DNA of 64,000 nucleotides from Armatimonadota bacterium (GTDB lineage Bacteria > Armatimonadota > Fimbriimonadia > Fimbriimonadales > GBS-DC), in contig JAIMAN010000004.1 of the NCBI GenBank assembly GCA_023511915.1, positions 7,881 through 71,880 of the forward strand. Reading direction: 5' to 3'. A program made the position numbers and the translations under genes. Shown piece after piece: positions 44,910-53,417 of the stretch. Every line of letters begins with the position of its first letter. Within the stretch, counting starts at the first letter, position 1. Under the pieces are notes generated by a model that ran no database searches, was not told where the DNA came from, and was given only the letters and a program-made list of their open reading frames with translations.

Positions 44910-45487
44910 TTAGCACCTGCCGAAGTTGAACAGTACCGTCAGCAAGTCCGCGTCGTCCACAATCCCGTCGCAGTTGGTATCCTCGCGGATGCCCCGCTCC
45001 GTGCTACCGAAGTTGAACAGCACCGCCAGTAGGTCGGCGTCATCGATGCAGCCATCTCGGAATAGTAGAACAGTATCGGACGCCACTGTCCCGTGGAGAT
45101 GGTGTATTCCGCCATCGCGAAGGTGTTGTGCGAGAAGACCACCTTGTCTCCATCAGGGTGAATAGCAATCCCATGGGGGCGCGAAAAGCGCGAGGTCATC
45201 GTGCGCAAACAGTTCCCATCGAGGTCCAGTATATCGATACGGTTGCGCAGCACATTGCAGACCCAGATTTCGCCGCGTTCGTGGTGGATGGCGATGCCGT
45301 AGTAGAAGTCGTAGGCGATCGGCGACGGGTCGCAAATGCCCAGTGCGCCGAAATTGCCCGACGGATAGTCGTAATACAGCACGCCGCGCTCCGCGTCGCG
45401 GTCGCCAATCAGCACGCGATACTGATAGTGCTGCCCGTGCGCTACAGCAGCCCAAGCAAGCAACCCAGCGATGAGCACTCCTCTCAT
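44910..45487 (-). pseudogene. Secreted protein with C-terminal dockerin-type repeats, interrupted by a frameshift (or assembly indel)
   Basis: ORF 44939..45487 has a signal peptide (MRGVLIAGLLAWAAVAHG) and an NHL-like body. The dockerin repeats DGCIDDADLLAVLFNFG...DTNCDGIVDDADLLTVLFNFG read in a different frame, which ends at TAA 44910-12. That frame is open only below 45153. Confidence 0.6.
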
Positions 45488-45569
45488 AGGCGATACCTCC
45501 TATATGGGCAATTTAGACAGAGCTGTAGGGCAAACTTTTCGGAACAATGCGCACGCTGGGCTAACGAGA

Positions 45570-45908
45570 TTACTCGTGTGCCAGCCCCTGTGCGCAGTCG
45601 CTGCACTCCAGCCACTGCTCGCGCGGGAGATGCGGCAGGGCTTGCGGGGCGCGCCCCTTGCGGAACACAGGGCGATAAAGCGTCTCGCCAGGCTCGAAGT
45701 GGCGGTGGCAAATGTGGCACTCGGCGTCGTTATCGACTTCAACGGGCACGAACCCCGCAACGACCCAGCCTTCGTGCCCCAAGTGCGCTGCCAGCGACTC
45801 AACCGCTGCCCGCACCGCCAGCGACTTGTTGCCGTGATAATACTGCTCGGCGATTCGGTACAGCAGCGCAATCGTTTCGTCATCCAGCGTGAAGTTCAAC
45901 CGTTTCAT
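45570..45908 (-). CDS. Ribbon-helix-helix (CopG/Arc-like) domain fused to a four-Cys zinc-ribbon-like domain
   Basis: MKRLNFTLDDETIALLYRIAEQYYHGNKSLAVRAAVESLAAHL fits an RHH pattern. It is followed by CHIC...(27 residues)...CSDC. TGcTATAAT-N7-ATG. Confidence 0.55.
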   Translation of the reverse strand: MKRLNFTLDDETIALLYRIAEQYYHGNKSLAVRAAVESLAAHLGHEGWVVAGFVPVEVDNDAECHICHRHFEPGETLYRPVFRKGRAPQALPHLPREQWLECSDCAQGLAHE

Positions 45909-45932
45909 GGTGTGTATTATAGCATACCGAAA

Positions 45933-47459
45933 TTATTGCCCCGCCGCTTTCGCGCCCATCTGCCGCGCGTAGGGCTTCGTCCACTCCTGCGCGGCGCGCT
46001 CCATCGTCTGGGTGAGGCTGATGGGGCGCACGCCGATCCAGAAAATCAGCGCAATCAGCGGCAGCAGCAGCGCGAGTTCCGCAGGGCGCAGGTCGGGCAG
46101 TTCGCGCCAGCGCGTCGGCGTCGGTCCGTAAAACACACGCTGGAACATCCACAGCATGTAGACCGCTGCCAGCACCGTGCCCAGCAGCCCCAGCACGACC
46201 CACCCCATCGGATACGCGCCCGCGTGCGCCGACTGGTACGCCCCCAAGAGGCACAAAAACTCGCCCACGAAGCCGTTCGTGCCAGGCAGCGCGACCGCCG
46301 CCAGCATCACCACCAGAAACAGCGCGGCAAACAGCGGCATCTGCTGTTTGAGACCGCCCAGCTCGGCAATCTGCAGGGTGCGCGTGCGCGATTCCAGCAT
46401 CCCCAGCAGCAGGAACATCGCGCCCATCGTGACGCCGTGATTGACCTGCTGCAGCGCGCCGCCCACGAACCCCTGCGCCGTCAGCGAGAACAGCCCCATG
46501 ACGATGAACCCCGCGTGGCTGACCACCGCATACAGCGCGAGCCGCCGAATCTCGCTCTGCATCGCCGCCACAATCGCGCCGTACACGATGGAGATTGCCC
46601 CCAGCGCGACGAAAAACTCCGCGAACGCCTGCGCCGCGTCAGGAAAGAGCGGGATTGCAAAGCGCATAAAGCCATACGCGCCCGTCTTCAGGAACACCAC
46701 CAGCAGCGGCATCGGCGCCGCGCCCATCGCCTGCGGCCACCAAGTGTGCAGCGGAACCAACGGCAACTTAATCGCGAACGCCAGCGCGAAGCCCAAAAAC
46801 AGCAGCGTCTCCAGATTGCCAGGCAAGCCCCGCTCCCACACGAACGCCTGCAGGCGCGGTACCTCGAAGGTCAGAACGCCCATCGCCTTCTGATGCTCGA
46901 ACGCCAGCACAATCGCCGCGATGAGCATCCACAGCGAGCCGAAAAAGGTGTACAGGAAAAACTTCAGCGCAGCTGCCGCCCGATCGCGCCCGCCCCACAG
47001 ACTAATCAGAAAGTACGACGGCACAAGCGTCAGCTCGAAAAACACATAGAACAGAATCACATCCAGCGCCATAAACACGCCCAGCAGCGCGCTCTCCAGC
47101 GCCAGCATCCAAATCAGGAACTCGCGCACGCGCTCTTGGATGTTGAATGACAGCGCGACGGCGAACACGCTCAGCAGCGCGGTTAGCCCCACCAGCCACA
47201 GGCTCACCCCGTCGATGCCCAGCAAGTAGCTGACGCCGTAGTCGGGCAGCCACGCGAACCGCTCCACGAACTGGTAGCCGACGATGTTGGGGTTGAAGCC
47301 CAGAAACAGCACGCCCGCCATGCCCAGCGTAATCAGCGTAATCGTGAGCGCGACCGCGCGGGCGACTAACTCCTGCCCCTTTGGAACCAGTATCAGCAGC
47401 ACCGCCCCGATTAGGGGCGTCCAGAGCGTCCAGCTCAGCGCCAGCGATGTCCAATCCAT
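45933..47459 (-). CDS. nuoM: NADH-quinone oxidoreductase subunit M / NdhD-type antiporter-like subunit (isolated copy)
   Basis: GIDGVSLWLVGLTALL...DVILFYVFFELTLVPSYFLISLWGG...ALKFFLYTFFGSLWMLIA. 508 aa, polytopic. Confidence 0.85.
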   Translation of the reverse strand: MDWTSLALSWTLWTPLIGAVLLILVPKGQELVARAVALTITLITLGMAGVLFLGFNPNIVGYQFVERFAWLPDYGVSYLLGIDGVSLWLVGLTALLSVFAVALSFNIQERVREFLIWMLALESALLGVFMALDVILFYVFFELTLVPSYFLISLWGGRDRAAAALKFFLYTFFGSLWMLIAAIVLAFEHQKAMGVLTFEVPRLQAFVWERGLPGNLETLLFLGFALAFAIKLPLVPLHTWWPQAMGAAPMPLLVVFLKTGAYGFMRFAIPLFPDAAQAFAEFFVALGAISIVYGAIVAAMQSEIRRLALYAVVSHAGFIVMGLFSLTAQGFVGGALQQVNHGVTMGAMFLLLGMLESRTRTLQIAELGGLKQQMPLFAALFLVVMLAAVALPGTNGFVGEFLCLLGAYQSAHAGAYPMGWVVLGLLGTVLAAVYMLWMFQRVFYGPTPTRWRELPDLRPAELALLLPLIALIFWIGVRPISLTQTMERAAQEWTKPYARQMGAKAAGQ

Positions 47460-47485
47460 GACGGGCGAATTGTACCTGACGCGCC

Positions 47486-48535
47486 TTAGACCTCGCCTAC
47501 CTGCGCCGCGAGCGCGTTCAAGATGCGCCGACGGTAGTCCAGATAGGCGTCCTTCTCGCGCGTGTAGTAGACATGGTTGGTGAGCAGGATGACCGCCATC
47601 TCCACCTGCGGGTCGAACAGCAGCACCGTGCCCGTGAAGCCTGAGTGCCCGACGCAGCGCGCGGGGAACAGGTCGCCGCGTGGCAGCAGCGGGTTCGGGT
47701 GCGCGAACAGCGCAAGCGTGTGCATGCTGGGCGGCTGGTTGCCCACCTGCGCTTGGGGCGTCAGGAACAGCTGCACGGCATAGTACGACAGCAGGGGGCG
47801 CCCGCCGCTGAGAATCATCCGCGCGAAGCGGATAAGGTCGTCCAGCGCGCCGAACAGCCCTGCGTGCCCCGCGACGCCGCCCAGCGCATAGGCGTTCTCG
47901 TCATGCACCTCGCCGCGCAGGCGGGCGCCCGTGCGACTCTCGGAGTGCGCGGTGGGGGCAATCCGCTCGCGCCATTCGGCGGGCGGGCAGTAGGCAGTGG
48001 ACTGCAGCCCCAGCGGCTCGGCAATCTTCGCGCGGAACAGCTCCGCCAGCGACCCCTCGTACACCTGCTCCAGAATCGCGCCCATGAGGATGTAGCCGAG
48101 GTCGCTGTAGGTGTAGCCCTGCGCGGGCGGGCGCGTGCGCGGGATGTTCAGCACCGCTTGCAGCACCGCCTCGCGCGTGTCGGCGTTTTTGTAGAGGGCG
48201 CGCCACGCGGGCAGTCCCGCAGTGTGCGTCAGTAGGTGCTTGACCAGCACGCCCTGCAGGTGCTTCGCGTCGGGGAAAAAGCGCGTAATCGGCGTCTCCA
48301 GCGTCAGTTTGCCCTCCTCCAGCGCGAGCAGGGCAAGCGTCGCCGTGCTAAGGGGCTTGGTCAGCGACGCGAGGTCGTACACCGTGCTGGGGCTGGCGGG
48401 GTCGTCGCGTTCGGGGTCGGGCTTGCCGAACGCGCCCTGATACTTCACGCGCCCGCCCAACAGCACGGCGCACACCGCGCTGGGGAAGATCTTCTGCTCA
48501 ATCGCTTCCTGAATCACGCGCTCTACGTTTGACAT
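47486..48535 (-). CDS. Serine hydrolase of the beta-lactamase/transpeptidase-like family (class C/esterase type)
   Basis: S-x-x-K motif YDLASLTKPL. LTHTAGLP and GHSGFTGT blocks. Confidence 0.8.
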   Translation of the reverse strand: MSNVERVIQEAIEQKIFPSAVCAVLLGGRVKYQGAFGKPDPERDDPASPSTVYDLASLTKPLSTATLALLALEEGKLTLETPITRFFPDAKHLQGVLVKHLLTHTAGLPAWRALYKNADTREAVLQAVLNIPRTRPPAQGYTYSDLGYILMGAILEQVYEGSLAELFRAKIAEPLGLQSTAYCPPAEWRERIAPTAHSESRTGARLRGEVHDENAYALGGVAGHAGLFGALDDLIRFARMILSGGRPLLSYYAVQLFLTPQAQVGNQPPSMHTLALFAHPNPLLPRGDLFPARCVGHSGFTGTVLLFDPQVEMAVILLTNHVYYTREKDAYLDYRRRILNALAAQVGEV

Positions 48536-49824
48536 AGCTCTCTTCGCTCCTTTGGGACCTGCATCAGCGCGCCGACACGCACGCGGTTCCCCTCGCGAAG
48601 CGGGGGGAACCTCAAGGAGGAGGGTAAAAAAGCTTCTGGATTCACCTCCCGCGCAATCTGTTGCAGGTAAGTTTCGCTGCCGCCGTTTTGGGTGATAGCG
48701 TCATACGAAAAGAGGCAGAATCCGCGTGCGCTTTGTTTGCGGATGGCGCGGATTTTGTTGACCGTGCTTTCGGGGCGGATGTGCCACGCGCCGACGCCGA
48801 CAATCACGGGTCGCCCTTGCGCCTGCTCCACTACGCGCGCCGCCTGCGCCTGCACGACGGCGGTGTCCTTGTCATACGCCATCGGCAGCACGGTATCCAG
48901 CCAGTCGCTGCGCAGCCAGTGCAGCCAGTCCTGCAATTTGTGGCGGGCGGCGAGGTGCGGCACGGGCCAGACCGCTGCCGACAGAATCAGGTTGGGGTTG
49001 ATGCGCCGCGACTGGCGGCTGAACGCCTGCACGAACGCGCTCACCTGCTCGCGTCGCCAGTCGTCCCACTCGGCGGGGAAAGCGTGTATCCACGCGAATG
49101 GGTTGCGCCCGGCGGTTTGCCTGTCCAGTTCCGCGCGGCGCGTGTCGGAAACCCGCTCCAGCATCGCTTGCCGAAACCGCGCCCGACAGCCCGCGCAGTA
49201 GCAGTAGCCCTCGTAGGGATAGCGCACATAGTCCAGGTGCAGCCCGTCCAGCGCGGGGTATCGCTCGGCGACATCGGCGAACACCTTCAGCAGGTGCGCC
49301 CGCACATTCGGGTTGCTGGGGCACAGGTAGACGCCCTCCACCTTGCCTGCGGTGGTCATCTGATAGCGGTTGCGCTGGTCGCGGGCAATCCACTGCGGGC
49401 TGCGGCTGACCACATGCCGACGGCTGCGCGGGGGCTGCGGCTGGCTCCACACATAAAACACATTCAGCCACGCATGCACTTGTAGCCCCGCGTCAGACGC
49501 GCAGCGCAGCAGGTAGCCAAGCGGGTCGAAGTCGGCGGGCTGGTCAGCCAGCGGCTCGGCGCGCGGCTCGTAGCGCGAGCGGTAGTACGCATCGCCGCGC
49601 CCGCGCACCTGCGCAAACAGCGCGTTGAAGCCGTACCGCGCCGCCAACGCCACCGCGCGTTCAATCGCCTGCGGTGAGACCATCGAAGTGCGCACCACCC
49701 ACAGGGCGCGCGTCTCGTCGGGCAACCGATACCGTGCGGAAATGTGCATCGGGGGCATAGTTCGGCGCGGGGCGGGGAGGTTCCTGCTGTGGCGCCCGTC
49801 AAGACTGCGCCCACCTATCCTCAC
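48523..49824 (-). CDS. Glycoside-hydrolase-like family 10 (GHL10/DUF187) protein
   Basis: RALWVV...GFNALFAQVRGRGDAYYRSRYEP...DPLGYLLRCASDAGLQVHAWLNVF...GLHLDYVRYP. GTG start overlaps the upstream stop (GTGA). An ATG at 49758 is an alternative start. Confidence 0.55.
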   Translation of the reverse strand: MRIGGRSLDGRHSRNLPAPRRTMPPMHISARYRLPDETRALWVVRTSMVSPQAIERAVALAARYGFNALFAQVRGRGDAYYRSRYEPRAEPLADQPADFDPLGYLLRCASDAGLQVHAWLNVFYVWSQPQPPRSRRHVVSRSPQWIARDQRNRYQMTTAGKVEGVYLCPSNPNVRAHLLKVFADVAERYPALDGLHLDYVRYPYEGYCYCAGCRARFRQAMLERVSDTRRAELDRQTAGRNPFAWIHAFPAEWDDWRREQVSAFVQAFSRQSRRINPNLILSAAVWPVPHLAARHKLQDWLHWLRSDWLDTVLPMAYDKDTAVVQAQAARVVEQAQGRPVIVGVGAWHIRPESTVNKIRAIRKQSARGFCLFSYDAITQNGGSETYLQQIAREVNPEAFLPSSLRFPPLREGNRVRVGALMQVPKERRELCQT

Positions 49825-51797
49825 TGCGCAGTGATGCTTATGGGGATTGCCGTCCCCGCGCCGCCGCGCTGAATCGGGAGAGTCAGCCGCTCCTCATGCA
49901 GGTAGCATAGCCCCTCCTGTCCCTCGCGGCAGTGGTAGACCAGCAGGTGCAGGGTGAGCGTCGCGCGGTCGGCGGTCAGCTGCAGGGGCAGTGTGGTCTC
50001 CAGCGACTGCACGGGCGCGACGAGTTCCGTCTTGCCCTGCACGGTCGCGCCCTCCGCTGTGATGCGCAGTTGTGACTGCGCGTTCGGGTTCAGTTTGTGT
50101 CCCTGTGGCAGGCGCAGGGTGAGCGTGAGTGTGGGCGCGTCTGCGCCGACGGCGACAGGCTCCAGCCGACGGCTGGGCGGCTCGCGATGCAGCGCGGGCG
50201 GCGGCGCGCTCTCCAGACCCCGCAGCACGAGCGTCTCCACACGGCGCGCCTTCAGGTCGGCAACGCGAATCAGATGGTTGTTCGTGTCGGCGATGTAGAG
50301 CTTGCCGTGCGCGTAGGTGATTCCGCCTGGCTCGTCGAAGGTGGGGGCGTCGCCGTCGCGTGCGCCCGCCGCGCCCGTGCCGAACACGGTCTCAATCCTG
50401 CGCGTGCGAGGGTCTAACCGCTTGATTTTGTTGTTGTAGGTGTCGGCGACATAGAGCATGCCGTCCACATAGACCACGCCGAGCGGGTGCTGCAGGCGCG
50501 CCTCGCGCCCGAAGCCGTCCACATCGCCGAACTCGAACAGGTCGCCCCCAACAAGCGTCTCCAGCGCGCCGTTGGGGTCAATATCGGCGGCGCGGATGCA
50601 ACTGACCTCGCTGTCGGCGAAGTAGAGCTTCTTGCCGTCGGTCGCTATGCCCGACGGTTGGGCAAGCGCGCAGGTGCGCAAGCTGCCGTCGATGCACGCC
50701 TCGCGCCCTGTGCCCGCGTGTGGCTCCGCCTCCAGCGTCTTCAGGTTCAGCCGCCAGAGCTGGTGCGAGCCTGCCATCGCGATGTAGAGCGTATCGCCGA
50801 GCAGCACCAGGTCCCACGGCGAGTTGAGCGCGACCTCGCGTCCCTTGCCCGCGCGCGGGGGATAGGCGCGACTCTGCTCGCCCGTGCCCGCGAGCGTCTC
50901 CACCGTGCGCTTACGCAAGTCCGCCTTGCGTATCGCGTGGTTGTCTGTGTCGGCGATGTAGAGCGCGTCCGCGTCGGGGTCATACGCCATCCCTTGCGGG
51001 TCGTTGAACTGCGCCGCCTCGAACGCGCCATCGCGCAAGCCTGGCGTGCCTGCGCCGATGACCATCTCCACGCGGTTGTCCTTCAGCGAGACGACCAAGA
51101 TACGGTGGTGGTTCGAGTCGGCGATAAACAGTCGGTTCGTGCGCTCGTCCGCCAGCACCTTGCCAGGGAAGCGCAGGGCGGTACGCGGCTCTTTGTCGCG
51201 CTCCAGCCGAAAGTTGGGCGCGCCGCGCTTAAGCGTGCCTTTCGCCTCCGCCGTGCGAATCACGCCCTCAATCGCGCGGTCGAAAATCTCGTAGATGCCC
51301 TCGCCCGAATGGTAGCCGACAATCTTGCCGCTGGGGTCAATCAGCACGAGCGTTGGCCATGCCCGCACCGCGTACTGCTGCCACACAATCATCTGATTGT
51401 CGTTCACGACGGGGTGTTCGATGTCGTAGCGCAGAATCGCTTGGCGGATGTTCTCGGTCTCCTGCTCCGTGAAAAATTTGGCGGAGTGGACGCCGATGAC
51501 CACCAGCGAGTCGGCGTACTTGCGTTCCAGCCGTTTCAGGTCGGGCAAGATGTGCATGCAGTTGATGCAGCAGTAAGTCCAGAAATCGAGCAGCACGACC
51601 TTGCCGCGCAGTTCGCGTAGGCTGAGCGGGCGGTCGGTGTTGAGCCACTGCAAGCCTTCGGGGAAGTCGGGGGCGTTGATTGTGCCTTCCATCGGTTGAC
51701 CCTCCTGCGGGAGGCGCGGGTTCGTGCGCCAGAACAGTTGCCACAGCGCGAGGATAGCAATCCCTATGAACGCTATCAGCGCAACGCTGGTTTTCAT
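49821..51797 (-). CDS. Membrane-anchored thioredoxin-fold (TlpA/AhpC-like) + NHL-repeat beta-propeller protein (NHLRC2-like)
   Basis: N-terminal TM helix. GKVVLLDFWTYCCINCMHILPDL carries the CxxC. Repeated NHL signatures follow (ADSNHHRILVV, ADTDNHAIRKA, ADTYNNKIKRL, ADTNNHLIRVA). Confidence 0.75.
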   Translation of the reverse strand: MKTSVALIAFIGIAILALWQLFWRTNPRLPQEGQPMEGTINAPDFPEGLQWLNTDRPLSLRELRGKVVLLDFWTYCCINCMHILPDLKRLERKYADSLVVIGVHSAKFFTEQETENIRQAILRYDIEHPVVNDNQMIVWQQYAVRAWPTLVLIDPSGKIVGYHSGEGIYEIFDRAIEGVIRTAEAKGTLKRGAPNFRLERDKEPRTALRFPGKVLADERTNRLFIADSNHHRILVVSLKDNRVEMVIGAGTPGLRDGAFEAAQFNDPQGMAYDPDADALYIADTDNHAIRKADLRKRTVETLAGTGEQSRAYPPRAGKGREVALNSPWDLVLLGDTLYIAMAGSHQLWRLNLKTLEAEPHAGTGREACIDGSLRTCALAQPSGIATDGKKLYFADSEVSCIRAADIDPNGALETLVGGDLFEFGDVDGFGREARLQHPLGVVYVDGMLYVADTYNNKIKRLDPRTRRIETVFGTGAAGARDGDAPTFDEPGGITYAHGKLYIADTNNHLIRVADLKARRVETLVLRGLESAPPPALHREPPSRRLEPVAVGADAPTLTLTLRLPQGHKLNPNAQSQLRITAEGATVQGKTELVAPVQSLETTLPLQLTADRATLTLHLLVYHCREGQEGLCYLHEERLTLPIQRGGAGTAIPISITAQ

Positions 51798-51840
51798 AAC
51801 AGCGCAATTCTACCCCAGCGAGGGGGTATCCTAATCGCGC

Positions 51841-52818
51841 ATGTCCGAGTTGCGCTGGCATCCGCTGCTGCAGGAGTGGGTCATCACGGCGACGCACCGT
51901 CAGGAGCGCACTTTCCACCCGCCGCCTGAATATTGCCCGCTGTGCCCCACGCGCGACGACGCCTACCCGACCGAAGTGCCTGAGCCGACCTACGAGATTG
52001 TGGTGTTCGAGAACCGCTTCCCGTCGCTGGTGCGCGAGCCGCCTGCGCCTGCGGTTGCGCCGACGCCGTTCTCGCCCGTGATGCCTGCGCAAGGCGTATG
52101 TGAAGTGGTGCTGTATACGCCTGACCACCACGCCACGCTTGCCGACCTGCCGTTGGAGCGCATCGAGCAGCTCATCTATGTCTGGCGCGACCGCTACGCC
52201 GAACTGGGCGCGCGCCCCGAGGTGCAGTATGTGTTCATCTTCGAGAACAAGGGGCGCGAAATCGGCGTGACGCTGAGCCACCCACACGGGCAGATTTACG
52301 CCTACCCGTTCCTGCCGCCGAAACTGGAGCGCGAGTTGGACGCGATGCGCCGCCACTATGCCGCGACGGGCGGCAACCTGCTGCTGGAGATTCTGCAGCA
52401 TGAGGTGCAGGACGGCAGGCGCATCGTGCAACGGATGGACGGCTGGGTGTCGTTCGTGCCGTTTTTCGCGCGGTATCCGTATGAGGTCTACCTCGTGCCC
52501 GAACTGCCCCGCCGCGACCTGCTGGACTTGACCGACGACGAACTCGCGGGGCTGGCGCGGATTCTCAAGGACACCCTGCAACGCTACGATCGCCTGTGGG
52601 GGTTCTCGATGCCCTACATTATGGCGCAGCACCCGCGCCCGACGGACGGCGCGCCGCACCCCTACTGGCAGTTCCACATCGAGTTCTACCCGCCCTATCG
52701 CACGCGCGACAAGTTGAAGTACCTGGCAGGCTCCGAGTCGGGCGCGGGGGTGTTCATCAACGACACCCTGCCCGAAGCAACGGCGCAGGCGTTGCGAGCG
52801 ATTGAGGTCTCGTTATAG
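51841..52818 (+). CDS. galT: Galactose-1-phosphate uridylyltransferase
   Basis: CPLCP zinc motif, FENRFPSL, FENKGREIGVTLSHPHGQIYAYPFLPP (HPH active site). Confidence 0.85.
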   Translation: MSELRWHPLLQEWVITATHRQERTFHPPPEYCPLCPTRDDAYPTEVPEPTYEIVVFENRFPSLVREPPAPAVAPTPFSPVMPAQGVCEVVLYTPDHHATLADLPLERIEQLIYVWRDRYAELGARPEVQYVFIFENKGREIGVTLSHPHGQIYAYPFLPPKLERELDAMRRHYAATGGNLLLEILQHEVQDGRRIVQRMDGWVSFVPFFARYPYEVYLVPELPRRDLLDLTDDELAGLARILKDTLQRYDRLWGFSMPYIMAQHPRPTDGAPHPYWQFHIEFYPPYRTRDKLKYLAGSESGAGVFINDTLPEATAQALRAIEVSL

Positions 52819-52824
52819 CCGCGA

Positions 52825-53391
52825 TTACTCGCCAATCTCGGCGAACAGTTCGCTAAGGGGCAGTTGGAAGTCGGGCAGCACGGGGTCGCCCGTGAGCGTG
52901 TCGCCCTCGCGCAGCACGCGAATCGGCGCGTTCGGCTGGAACACCTCCACCGTGCGCCGCTGCGGATCCACCACCCACACCACCTGCACCCCCGCCTGCA
53001 GCCACTCGTCCACCTTGTCGCGCAACTCGGTGTAGGCGTCGTTGGGCGAGGCGATTTCGACCACGAGGTCGGGCGCGAGGTCGGCGAAGGACTGCGGCAA
53101 CGGGCTGGGCAGGCGTTCCGTGCGGATGAACGCCACATCGGGGGCGCGTACCGACTCGCCCAACGCCGTGCGCAACCGAAAGCCCGTCTCGGCAGCGACG
53201 GTAATCCCGCGCCTGTACTCGGACGCGACCGTGTCGATTCGTCGCCCCAGCCGCATCGCGAGTAGTCCGTGAATCAGCCCTGCAGGCATGCGTTCCTTGA
53301 CCTCCCCGCGCACGAGTTCGTAGGGCTTGCCCGCGTACTGCTGCCAGAACTCTTCTGCTGTTAGTCCGCGCTGCGTCGCTACGGCTGGCAT
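52825..53391 (-). CDS. Uma2-family (DUF820) restriction-endonuclease-like protein
   Basis: Start moved to the ATG at 53391. YELVRGEV...APDVAFI...PDLVVEIASP...VQVVWVVDP pattern. Confidence 0.75.
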   Translation of the reverse strand: MPAVATQRGLTAEEFWQQYAGKPYELVRGEVKERMPAGLIHGLLAMRLGRRIDTVASEYRRGITVAAETGFRLRTALGESVRAPDVAFIRTERLPSPLPQSFADLAPDLVVEIASPNDAYTELRDKVDEWLQAGVQVVWVVDPQRRTVEVFQPNAPIRVLREGDTLTGDPVLPDFQLPLSELFAEIGE

Positions 53392-53417
53392 ACGCTCACC
53401 CGCCTGTAGGATACCCG

